In this document: piece after piece, positions 54,627 to 64,000 of the stretch
Layout: the number at the start of each line of letters is the position of its first letter
How positions within the stretch are numbered: position 1 is the first letter of the stretch
Origin: an uncultured Spirochaetota bacterium
GTDB taxonomy: Bacteria; Spirochaetota; UBA4802; UBA5550
Direction: 5' to 3'
DNA length: 64,000 nt
Assembly: GCA_963827275.1 (NCBI GenBank)
Contig: CAWHAA010000004.1
Coordinates: 352,001-416,000 of the forward strand
The notes under the pieces: generated by a model
Told to the model about the DNA's origin: nothing
The model's input: the letters and a program-made list of their open reading frames with translations, nothing else
Database searches by the model: none
Made by a program: the position numbers and the translations under genes

Positions 54627-54910
54627 AGATCCATTTAATCTTAAAAAAAAAGTTTTAACTTACGTCTGCTGATAAAACAAGCAGGGGAGGATTGTTTTAC
54701 TTCTCATGTTCCTGTAATAGTCTTCAGGAGTGGTGGTTGTTTCCACTGCTATGAGAAATAAAAAAATTCAGTAATAGTGCGTGCCGGCGGCGCCTGCCGC
54801 GGTACGCAAGCGTGGGCCCATAGGGAAATCTCTTATCTGATTATTTTATTTATAAATGGAGTTTTCCTTACTATATAAAAAAAATGGGAAGAAAAAAAGG
54901 GAGACGAGTC

Positions 54911-57900
54911 ATGTTTAAAAAATTAGCGTTCCTGGTCCTGGTAATTTCCGCGTCTTTAATCATGTCATCATGTTCAGATTCCAAAATGAAAGAGTTTCAG
55001 ACCAATGACGTGGATGCGCCGTTCAACCTGTTTCATCTTTTCGATAACTATCCGTCCCTCAAGGCCGCCTGGGACAGCGTTCCCGGCAGTACGGGAAACG
55101 CCAAGATGGCTGACATGCTCAATGAAGACATTCCCATCGGCGCGGAATTCATGCATATACTTTCCTACCTGATGGACCGGGCGGACGACCCGGGCCTCGG
55201 GCTACTTGGAGATTTGAGAACCACCCTGGGACTGGTGACCAGCACTGACCAGCGCCTGTACGGCCACAGCACTGACAACGCAGGCAACCCCATCGATTCT
55301 TTTTTCGCGACAACTCCGTCTGCTGACCTCATGACAGATTTTTACGCGCTGCTTGACGAGCTCACCAACCAGGTCGGCGGTACCACCCCGAAGATGGGCG
55401 CCAGCGTGATGGCGATCACCAACAAGGTGGCGGGCTACCTGACCACGAAAACCCCGGAGGAGATCGAGGACACCATGGGCGACCTCATGGAGGCCCTGAC
55501 CGAGGACGTGGACCCGGCTGACGGGACCAGGGACTTCGCGGACACCTTCGCCACCCTGATGGACATCGCGGCCCCGATGATGTCCATGGTAGATTTCCCC
55601 ATGTGGATCCACCACGGGGCGACCCCCGGCGCGGACTACCTCGAAACGGTTTATGGCAATATGAACGCGACTGACAGCGTCAATTCCGACCTGGGCAATG
55701 CCGCCAAGGGCGTGAACTACCTCATGTCCGGCCTGTTCGACCTGCTGAACGGCGAGACCATCGACCGCGAATTCATGTACAGCGCCATAGATTCACTGAA
55801 TGCCATCCTGGCGGACCCGACGACCGCCGAGAAGCTCGTATGGAACCTGGTCAACTATTTCACCGTGGGCGGGTACCAGTATGAAAGGGTCGATGCCGTG
55901 GTTTCGCCGACAGCGCTTGTCGATACCGACATCTACAAGACGAACAGCGCGTCTCTGTATTCCGACGCCGACATGACGAAGTCGCTGAAGGAATTCCTCG
56001 CCGCTTCCGGCCCGCTCTTCATGCGGGACGACCGCCGCGGCTCGTTCGCGTGGAAGTCGGACGGCAGCGTCACCTCCACCGACTACCCGCTGACCGGCTT
56101 GCTTGAGAACGTCAAGAAGATATACATCAACTGGGACACGACACAGCTCTCCGAATCGGTCTATGACCTGATACGCTACGACATGTTCGGCCGCGACCGG
56201 AAGAACAATACGAGCGCCTATTCCGCGAGCATCCTTGAGCACCTGCTCTACCTCGGCGCGATCGCCGGGAACATGGGGTGGGCGCATTTAGAGAACGCGA
56301 ACGAGGTCAATCATGACGCGGGTGCCGACTCTTATGAAGGTCAGATGGCGATACACGGCCATGGGGCGTTCTGCGGCAACCTGACCCTGAACGACTCCCT
56401 CTACTCGATCCAGGGAAAGAGAGACGCTATGGCAGCAGCCGGCACCTATGAGCTGGGGTTTGATTCCGGCAATGGCTACAGAAACAGGGGATATAACAGG
56501 ACCTATCGAAGCAGGAAGTTCTTTGTGACGGACGATCGCGCAAACTACACCTTCAATTTTAACGTGAATTACCCTGCCCTGAAGTTCCTGGCTGGCGCGA
56601 GCGTGGGTGACTACGGCGTCGCCGCCGGCGGGAACCCCTCGGGCGGCGGGGGCAATGATTCCAACGAGTACATGCCCTATTCGGCGAACGGCGTCATGAC
56701 CAAGGACCTGTCGTCCTGGACCTTTGCGCATGTCATCCGCGCCTGCTGGGAGGGTGAGGGTCCCTACTACTTTGCTGATCCGGGCGCGCCCACGGAAACG
56801 GTCGACACCAGTACCGGCACCTTCACTGGCACAAAGTACCTGAGGCCGGACGGCCGCGTCTATGCCTACGTTAATGGGGCCAGCTATTACTACCCGGTAG
56901 ATAGCGGCAATGATGCCGTCGATGATACCGATGATGATAACAATGGCGTCCTTGATTTCAACGGACAGCGCTATAACAGGTACAAGGCAACCTGGCATTC
57001 CGACTACTACATGATTGAGACCCAGCATGATGGACCCGACTACTATGTTCCTCTTGACGCCAATGGCGACCTCGAGGCTGATGTCACCACCACCGGTCCC
57101 AAGTACCGCGAGTATACCGAGCTTATTTCAGAGGCAGATGCCGGCCGTGCATGCGCAAGCCAGGAAGAGGCGATCTTCAGGAATTTCCAGTGGGTCATGA
57201 ACGAAAAGAGAATGGCCCTGATAATCCCCCTCTGGCTCGCAGGCGAACCCACCGTTCTAGGTTGCCCGGCCGGCGTGGCACAGGCGGGAATTGAATCTGT
57301 GCTCTATCAGATTATCGAGGGGAATGGGATCACCGGCCTGTCGAACGCGCGGAAATTCCGCGCCAACAGCGTGTGGGCCAAGCAGAATAATGATGCTGAC
57401 CTGTCAAACGTACCGGGCGATTACCGTATAGTTGTGCTGGCAAACCCGATAAGAAGTCAACTCCGGGTTTTCGGCATCTGGTCGAACGATGCGTTGGGTC
57501 TAACCGCTGTCGATGCGGATAAAATTTACGTGGATACCATTGGCCGAGGCACCGCGACACCGGGCGGCGTGTCGCACAATATCTTCGCCCTGTCCCGGTT
57601 CGGGTTCCCGCGGAGCAAGGCGGTGACCCTTGGCACCAATTACACGCATACTCTGCTCGGATCGCGCAACGTGAATAATGCAAGCGAGACGTCTGATTCC
57701 GGTTTCACGACCGCGAACAGCATATGGACCAAGAGGAATTCGCTCCTTCCGCTCTTTATCGCGCTCCTCGCGCCGCTGCATGAAAGGTCCTACTACATCA
57801 GCAGCTCGAACTGCAACAACGCCCTGGCACGGCAGCTCGAAGGGCTCAACCTGCTCCTCAAGCCGATGGTCTATTTCAACTATAACGCCGGGTCCGCGAC

Positions 57901-59235
57901 CGGACATTCAGCGGCGTGGGGCAGAACGGCTGGCTCCCGCGGATCAAGGGGGACGGTAGCTGGAGCGATGAAGAGTACGAAGCGACACATTCGCGCTCCC
58001 TTATGTCAGACTGGGATGTTGACGGGTTTGTTAATTCGGGCTCCGATCCTACCGGTTGGCATGGCGGCTGGACTACGACCAATTTTTATACGCCAGCGAA
58101 CCTGACCACGCTCCTCTCCGCGATGATGGATTCGGACACGAGCTGGAACCGGGCCGACCGGCTCCAGCGCGCGGACGGGCTCCTCGGGAAGATGCTCGAG
58201 TACGACGCGAACACCTCGACGCCGAACGAGCCTGACCGGCCCGCGGTGACGGAAACGCCCCTGAACTGGACGCTGACCGCGAACAGCGAGGCCGCCATCG
58301 CCAGGATGCTGGCGGGCCTGGAGCAGGTCGGCCTGAACATGAAGTTTAACAAGCCGAAGGGGATCGAGATCCTCGAGGACCAGAGCACGGCCGGCGGCAC
58401 GATCACCGCCACCACCAAGCAGATCGACCCGCCGGAGTGGAATTTCCAGAAGCGGGTGCGCATCGACGACGCGTCGAAAGTGATCGACCTTGATCTCGAC
58501 GACCTCCTGACCAAGTTGATCGGCGACGAGGGCGACGACGGCCTGAACAAGTTCCAGGACAATGACGCCAACTACGCGAACGGCGGCACTAACACCGTCG
58601 GGCCGTGGACCTGGACGGAGGAAGACGGGTTTGAAGATACCATTGACGATCTGTATGACCTCTCGACCAAGTTCCTCGCGCAGAACGGGCCGAACGTCAT
58701 ATCCGACCACCTCTTCGATGTCATTGACGTGATGGCGCAGCACCGCCTTACCCAGCCCCAGATCAAGGGGATGCAGTACGTGCTGGGCAAGCTCCTCGCA
58801 TACTACGATGACGCCGGCAATGAGTGGGTACTGCAGGGCGAGGGTTCGTTCAACTTCCTCCTGCACCTCCTGACCGAGGTGCTGCCGAACATCGACAACG
58901 AGATGGGCCTGTACGGCGACGCGAACCACGCCGACGACCTGTATCCGAAAGGACGGACGTACCTGAACCTCATGACCGCCCTCAGGAACTCGACCAAGGA
59001 GGGCGGCTTCGTGCCCTGGATCGTCGATACCGTGGGGATCAGCCCCTACACGGCCGCCGACTTCATGCGCGACCTGGTGCTGTTCCTCGACAGCGACCTG
59101 ATCAACGCGCCGAACACGAAGTTCTACTCGACGATGGCGCGGCTGCTCGGCGATATGGGCGACCAGATCGAGGTGGCGCCGTCGGAAGCGGGCCTGCGTA
59201 TGATCTACGAGTACTATGGCTTCGAAGGTTTTTAA
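54911..59235 (+). CDS. Very large (~1440 aa) hypothetical lipoprotein; frameshift near 57915
   Basis: MFKKLAFLVLVISASLIMSSC lipobox; the 1073-aa and 439-aa ORFs overlap and join; Asp/Asn-rich with DDTDDDNNGVLD motif. Confidence 0.75.
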
Positions 59236-59349
59236 CCGGGAGGCGGCCGGTGCTATCCGGCGCTGAAAGGGTGGTGTTTTAGCAAACTACAATGCGCATC
59301 ATATACGGGGCGCGGCGCAGGCCGCGCCTCTTATTTTGCCGCGGCGCGC

Positions 59350-59520
59350 TTATTGGGCGGCGCTGTTTACCGGGCTTGACCAGTCGCACTGCGAGCATTT
59401 ATACCCGTTGTATTTACGCGCGCCGGTGTCCTGCTTTTCGATCCTGGCCAGTACCAGCGATTGGCATGCCGGGCAATGCTTTGCCACCAGCTCAAACTCG
59501 TCCTTATTTTCCTTGCTCAT
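59350..59520 (-). CDS. Small zinc-ribbon-like protein, 56 aa, not in the ORF track
   Basis: MSKENKDEFELVAKHCPACQSLVLARIEKQDTGARKYNGYKCSQCDWSSPVNSAAQ; AGGGGA RBS. Confidence 0.7.
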   Translation of the reverse strand: MSKENKDEFELVAKHCPACQSLVLARIEKQDTGARKYNGYKCSQCDWSSPVNSAAQ

Positions 59521-59646
59521 GATGTCCCCTATGTGAAATCCCCTGTGATGACCAGTGAATTAGAAATTTACAATATAATTTAACTATCGTCAACCGTGCC
59601 GGTTGGAAAAGTGAATATTTTTATTAAAATGCTGGTTTTTTGCAAT

Positions 59647-59676
59647 AAAAAAGGGAGGGTACATGCCCTCCCTTTT
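59647..59676 (-). terminator. Intrinsic terminator of the MORN gene
   Basis: AAAAAAGGGAGGG-loop-CCCTCCCTTTT. Confidence 0.75.
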
Positions 59677-59753
59677 CTGCGCTCCCGTCTGATGTTCCCC
59701 GGGCCTGTTACTCGTGTGACGGCAGGCGCCGCCGCAGCCCCCGGTGTGAGCGG

Positions 59754-60239
59754 TTATTCGCCCTGGAATACGTTGTTGCTCCAGGCGCCCTTCAGGGTCC
59801 TTCCATCGACATAGTACATGACGCCCTGTCCGTTCCGCTGGTCGTCCTTGAATTCTCCCACGTACTTGTCGCCCGATTTCCATGTGTAGGTGCCCTGGCC
59901 GTTCATCTTCCCGTCTTTGAATTCGCCGTCGTATCTGTCCCCTGAGGCCCAGGTATACACGCCCTTGCCGTTTTTCATGTTGTCTATATAGTAGCCCTGA
60001 TAGATGTCGCCGTTCGCCCAGGTGTAGATACCTTCGCCGTCGCGCTTCCCGGTTTTATACAGGCCAACATATTTATCGCCGGATTTCCAAAGGTATTCAC
60101 CTTCCCCGTTGCGCACCTCGTCTTTTACTTTTCCGACATATTTATCGCCCGAGGGATAATTTACCGTGGTCTTGCAGCCGGCGGCGACAAACGCCACAGC
60201 GGTGATGATAACAAACAACAGTGCTATTTTTGTTTTCAT
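59754..60239 (-). CDS. MORN-repeat lipoprotein
   Basis: Lipobox AAGC; repeated GDKYVGEFKDG..NGQG.YTW units; AGGAG RBS. Confidence 0.9.
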   Translation of the reverse strand: MKTKIALLFVIITAVAFVAAGCKTTVNYPSGDKYVGKVKDEVRNGEGEYLWKSGDKYVGLYKTGKRDGEGIYTWANGDIYQGYYIDNMKNGKGVYTWASGDRYDGEFKDGKMNGQGTYTWKSGDKYVGEFKDDQRNGQGVMYYVDGRTLKGAWSNNVFQGE

Positions 60240-60513
60240 TATGACACTCCTTTTGTGATTTAATACTGTAAACATGCTATTGAAGATGCATCGGTGAACG
60301 CAATCCCGCCTGCGGGCCCCGCGCTCAATGATACACGTAACGATACGTTATTATATCTATTGCATACTTACCATCCCGTTTGTTATATGTCAATGATATA
60401 AATTTAATTCCGGGACTGTTTCTTGCTACCTGAAAATTATATCGAATGTTTAAGAAAAAAAGTTATTGGTATAATTGATAAATCTGCTTATATTCATTTC
60501 TGTGGGAGATAAA

Positions 60514-61152
60514 ATGAGTAATAATGGAAATAATTTATTATGTCTGATTGCTTCTCTATCCATCCTGTTTGTACTTTCCCCGTTATATGCAGAAACTGCA
60601 TTTGAGCCTATTGACGTCAAGGTCGGAGCGCGTCCCCTGTATGGACTGGTGTTCGGCGAATATGGCCGCCACTATCGCCACGCGCCCGGGGGGCTTATTT
60701 ACGCACGGGGATTATACGGGCTCAATGTATCCGGCAGGCTAAAGATCTACCCGGAGTTTGCCTGGGGGGTTCTCTATCTTGGTCATAAATCCGAGCACGG
60801 AAGAAGTCTTTTTCTCTTTCCCTTTTCGCTCAACTTCTATTTTGATGCGCCCGTGCTTAATTTTAACACCGTCGCAGGGACGTTTACCCTCACGCCGTAT
60901 ATCGGACTGGGCGTGTACCTGAACCATTACCGGAGCCGGCGGACCACATCGACCGGGGGCGATTTTGGATACCAGGCGGGCATACAGCTGGCATATCGGC
61001 ATATCAAGATGAGAAACTGCCATGTTGAGGTCAGCGTGGACCATATGTTTACAACAAATTTCAAACGCCACCTGCCGGTGCTGGCCTTCAGCGCCGGCGC
61101 CGGGTATGCGTTTGAATACCGAGGCGTTTCCCCCGCTCAATCGAGCGAATAA
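60514..61152 (+). CDS. Small outer-membrane beta-barrel protein
   Basis: Signal peptide, amphipathic strands, PYIGLGVY, FGYQAG, terminal AGAGYAF. Confidence 0.72.
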   Translation: MSNNGNNLLCLIASLSILFVLSPLYAETAFEPIDVKVGARPLYGLVFGEYGRHYRHAPGGLIYARGLYGLNVSGRLKIYPEFAWGVLYLGHKSEHGRSLFLFPFSLNFYFDAPVLNFNTVAGTFTLTPYIGLGVYLNHYRSRRTTSTGGDFGYQAGIQLAYRHIKMRNCHVEVSVDHMFTTNFKRHLPVLAFSAGAGYAFEYRGVSPAQSSE

Positions 61153-61179
61153 ACGCCTTCCCCCTGAAGAGGTGATAAT

Positions 61180-62586
61180 ATGCGGATCCGTTACATGAAA
61201 AAATTACTATGCTTCGCCTGCGGCTGTCTTGTCTGCGCCTTCTCTTTCGATGGGTGCAAGGATGATCCGCTGACGCGTGCAATCGGCGACGATGAAATCC
61301 CGGCGTATATATATCTGCTGTTTTACCCGCCTTCGGGCCCCGGGATTTTGAACATCCAACCTGCCGACGGTTCTTCGGATATTCCGGTTTCATCAAATAT
61401 AACAGTAACATTCAATACGGTCATGAACCCGGCCACGGTAACGATTCAGCCTGCAAATGGCCCCTGCGCGGGAAGCGTGCAGATAAGTTTTAATGACTTC
61501 GCCACCTGTATCGGCGGCACTATCGGCACAATAGACAATACCGCTTTCGCAATTGACCCGGCGGCCGATCTGTATTCCTGTGAATCTTTCAAGGTGCGTA
61601 TCACCACCGCAGCGCAGACCGCAGCAGGCGCTCCGCTCGGGGCAGACTACACCCAGCCGAACGGCTTCGGCACCTATGGCGATACAACAGCGGACTGGAC
61701 CGAAGACGCGGGGAACCCGATGATCCTTGGCGGCAACACTGACGGTGTCGACAAGGCGTATTATCCTTTTGTGCTGAAGGCTGGCGCCCTGTATCATATA
61801 TGGTATGGCGACGGCATCAACACCCGCCACGCATCCAGCCACTACCATGACTTCAATGACGTGACGTTCCCCGCGCCGGTAGTCACCGGTCTCGCGGCCA
61901 CCGGACCGTACCATCCACGGGTATTATACAATGCGTCCGGATGGGACATCGGCACGCCTTCGGCGCATTACGCGGGGCCCTTCCTCATGTATTATACTGA
62001 TGGCGCTGCCTGGACAAATTCGCCCCGCGCGGCCCATTCAGCCGACGGTAGCTCATGGACCGACATCGGCGCGTGCACAGGGATCAATTTATATGGCGGC
62101 AACACGACCGTGTACAATCTCGCTGTCCTGCATGAAGGGGGCACGACCTGGAAAGGGTACGCTGATAACGGCCTCGGGCATATCCAGTATTACACTTCGA
62201 ACAATGGCCTGGATTGGACCGGTCAGGCCATGGATATAATGGGCGCCCCCTACCAGACATGGGAGAACAACGGAGCACAGGGAAATATCGCGCCATTTAT
62301 TATAATGAACGGCACTACCTATGTGCTGTATTACAGCAGCGGAGATGCGCGGAATGACAATGCCTTCGGATTCGCCATATCCAGCGACGGGCAGAGTTTT
62401 ACAAAGGCAACGGGTAATCCAATATTTTCCATTTATGACGGCATCGCGTGGCGGGATGTGCGGACGTATACCGCGAGCATAGTTCAGAATAACAGGATGT
62501 GGCTTCTGTACTTTACCGGCAGGACCAATACGCCGTCGACAAGTTATTCAGTCGGTTTTGCCAGGAGATGCGGGTCCATGTATTGA
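61180..62586 (+). CDS. Lipoprotein with Ig-like (Big_5) domain and glycoside-hydrolase-like five-bladed beta-propeller
   Basis: Cys-rich signal ending FDGC; QPADGSSDIP...ITVTFN..MNPAT; repeated AHSADGSSW / TSNNGLDW / ISSDGQSFTK..GNP blades. Confidence 0.75.
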   Translation: MRIRYMKKLLCFACGCLVCAFSFDGCKDDPLTRAIGDDEIPAYIYLLFYPPSGPGILNIQPADGSSDIPVSSNITVTFNTVMNPATVTIQPANGPCAGSVQISFNDFATCIGGTIGTIDNTAFAIDPAADLYSCESFKVRITTAAQTAAGAPLGADYTQPNGFGTYGDTTADWTEDAGNPMILGGNTDGVDKAYYPFVLKAGALYHIWYGDGINTRHASSHYHDFNDVTFPAPVVTGLAATGPYHPRVLYNASGWDIGTPSAHYAGPFLMYYTDGAAWTNSPRAAHSADGSSWTDIGACTGINLYGGNTTVYNLAVLHEGGTTWKGYADNGLGHIQYYTSNNGLDWTGQAMDIMGAPYQTWENNGAQGNIAPFIIMNGTTYVLYYSSGDARNDNAFGFAISSDGQSFTKATGNPIFSIYDGIAWRDVRTYTASIVQNNRMWLLYFTGRTNTPSTSYSVGFARRCGSMY

Positions 62587-62593
62587 TTCTGAA

Positions 62594-62634
62594 GGGGGTC
62601 AGAGTAAAACAAAACTGCCGATAGTTATCGGCAG
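62594..62634. repeat. Second locus of the REP-like family
   Basis: GGGGGTCAGAGTAAAA (62594-62609) followed by CTGCCGATA-GT-TATCGGCAG (62615-62634). Confidence 0.8.
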
Positions 62635-62781
62635 GTCACATCAATTCCCATGAAGTGTTCATAATTCATTATTAAAGAAGAAACAGTAATTGCTTTATTT
62701 CTAAACCGAAAAAATCCCTTTTTGAGCGTACCCGCCAATTAATTGCTTGAAATTATGTCCCTTCATGAAAAACATAGGGGC

Positions 62782-64000
62782 ATGGATTTTGTGCATCTCC
62801 ACAATCATACCGACTATTCAATCCTGGATGGCGCGATAAAGGTAGACAAACTGGTGAAAAAAGCCATGTCGCTGGGCATGGACGCCGTTGCCATAACCGA
62901 CCATGGCAACATGTTCGGCGCCATCGACTTTTACCAGGCGGCCCGCAAAGCGGGCATCAAGCCCATCATCGGCGAGGAATTCTACATGGCGCCCGGCCCG
63001 CGGACGGTGAAGGAGTCCAGCCGGAGCAACGGCGATGATAAATCCTACCATCTCATCCTCCTTGCGAAGAACAACACCGGCTACCAGAACTTGATGAAGC
63101 TTTCGTCAATCGGCTACACCGAGGGCTTTTACTACAAGCCCCGCATCGATTTCGAGGTGCTCGAAATGCACCATGAGGGCCTTGTCTGTTCTTCCGCGTG
63201 CCTGGGAGGGCAGATCCCTTCCCTGATCTTAAAGGGGAAGGTCCGCGAGGCGCGGGAGCTGGCCGGCCGGTTCAAGGAGATCTTCGGCAAAGACAACTTC
63301 TACCTCGAGCTCCAGTACCACGGGATCAAGGAGCAGGAAACCGCCAACCGGGAGCTGGTGAAGATCGGCGAGGAGATGGACATCCCCCTCATCGCCACCA
63401 ATGACGCGCACTATGTCGACAAGGACGATGCGCGCTCGCACGAGGTGCTCCTCTGCGTGCAGACCGGCAAGCTCATGAAGGACACCGACCGGATGAAGTT
63501 TCCCTCGGACGAGTTTTACCTCAAGTCGTACGATGAGATGAAGGCGCTGTTCAAGGACTATCCCGACGCGATCTTCAACACGCGCAAAATCGCCGAGATG
63601 GTGGAGCTCGAGCTCGATCTCGGGAAGCCGATACTGCCCAACTTCGAAGTCCCCGATGGCTTCAACCTTGACACCTATCTGCGCCACCTGGTCATGGAGG
63701 GCGCGCAGGCGCGCTACGGCGCGCACGTCCCCGACGAGGTGCGGAAGCGCATCGATTACGAGCTCACCGTCATAACCAAGATGCGCTTCTCCGGGTATTT
63801 CCTCATCGTGTGGGACGTCATCAAGCATGCGCGCTCAAAGGGGATACCGGTCGGGCCGGGGAGGGGCTCCGCCGCCGGGTCGATGGTGTCCTACTGCCTG
63901 GGGATCACCGCGCTCGATCCGCTCCGGTACGACCTCCTGTTCGAGCGGTTCCTGAATCCCGAGCGGAACGAGATGCCTGACATGGACCTCGATTTCTGCG
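62782..64000 (+). CDS. dnaE: DNA polymerase III alpha subunit, 5' part (runs off window)
   Basis: [62 protein letters not shown]. Confidence 0.98.
   Translation, partial: MDFVHLHNHTDYSILDGAIKVDKLVKKAMSLGMDAVAITDHGNMFGAIDFYQAARKAGIKPIIGEEFYMAPGPRTVKESSRSNGDDKSYHLILLAKNNTGYQNLMKLSSIGYTEGFYYKPRIDFEVLEMHHEGLVCSSACLGGQIPSLILKGKVREARELAGRFKEIFGKDNFYLELQYHGIKEQETANRELVKIGEEMDIPLIATNDAHYVDKDDARSHEVLLCVQTGKLMKDTDRMKFPSDEFYLKSYDEMKALFKDYPDAIFNTRKIAEMVELELDLGKPILPNFEVPDGFNLDTYLRHLVMEGAQARYGAHVPDEVRKRIDYELTVITKMRFSGYFLIVWDVIKHARSKGIPVGPGRGSAAGSMVSYCLGITALDPLRYDLLFERFLNPERNEMPDMDLDFC

Overview
GC-rich bacterial chromosomal segment, most likely from an anaerobic spirochaete. This is inferred from two FlaA periplasmic-flagellum sheath genes, CheX, a ~900-aa GreA, an Rnf complex and many lipoproteins. 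Most of the window is housekeeping: truA (3' end), lysC, ddl, pssA, moaC, CIRCE-groES-groEL, short argA, pseudouridine synthase, pgsA, amidase, dapF, lepB, flaA x2, greA, tRNA-Leu(CAG), two divergent 6-phosphofructokinases, rnfCDGEA (no rnfB), thyX, cheX, a SurA-like gene, a Trm112-like gene and dnaE (5' part). About ten genes carry indels, densest at 27.4-30.1 kb, which look like sequencing or assembly errors rather than biology. The accessory material is: (i) an uncharacterised five-gene cluster after groEL led by a STAS+GHKL-ATPase and a STAS+wHTH pair; (ii) a low-GC DUF559 nuclease pseudogene bracketed by 26-bp hairpin-containing inverted repeats where rnfB would normally lie; (iii) a dispersed two-motif REP-like repeat family and a truncated RAYT-like HUH transposase; (iv) a 104-bp MITE-like element before the tRNA; (v) a ~10-kb surface-protein block with an M30 peptidase, a ~1440-aa orphan lipoprotein with a palindromic operator and structured leader, a MORN lipoprotein and a beta-barrel + lipoprotein pair; (vi) an ADP-ribosylglycohydrolase that has lost its catalytic aspartates; (vii) two 56-aa Cys-containing ORFs missed by the ORF track. 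No CRISPR array, rRNA or prophage was seen. No single novel system is proven; the best candidates are ranked in the findings. All calls were made by eye from motifs, with no database searches.
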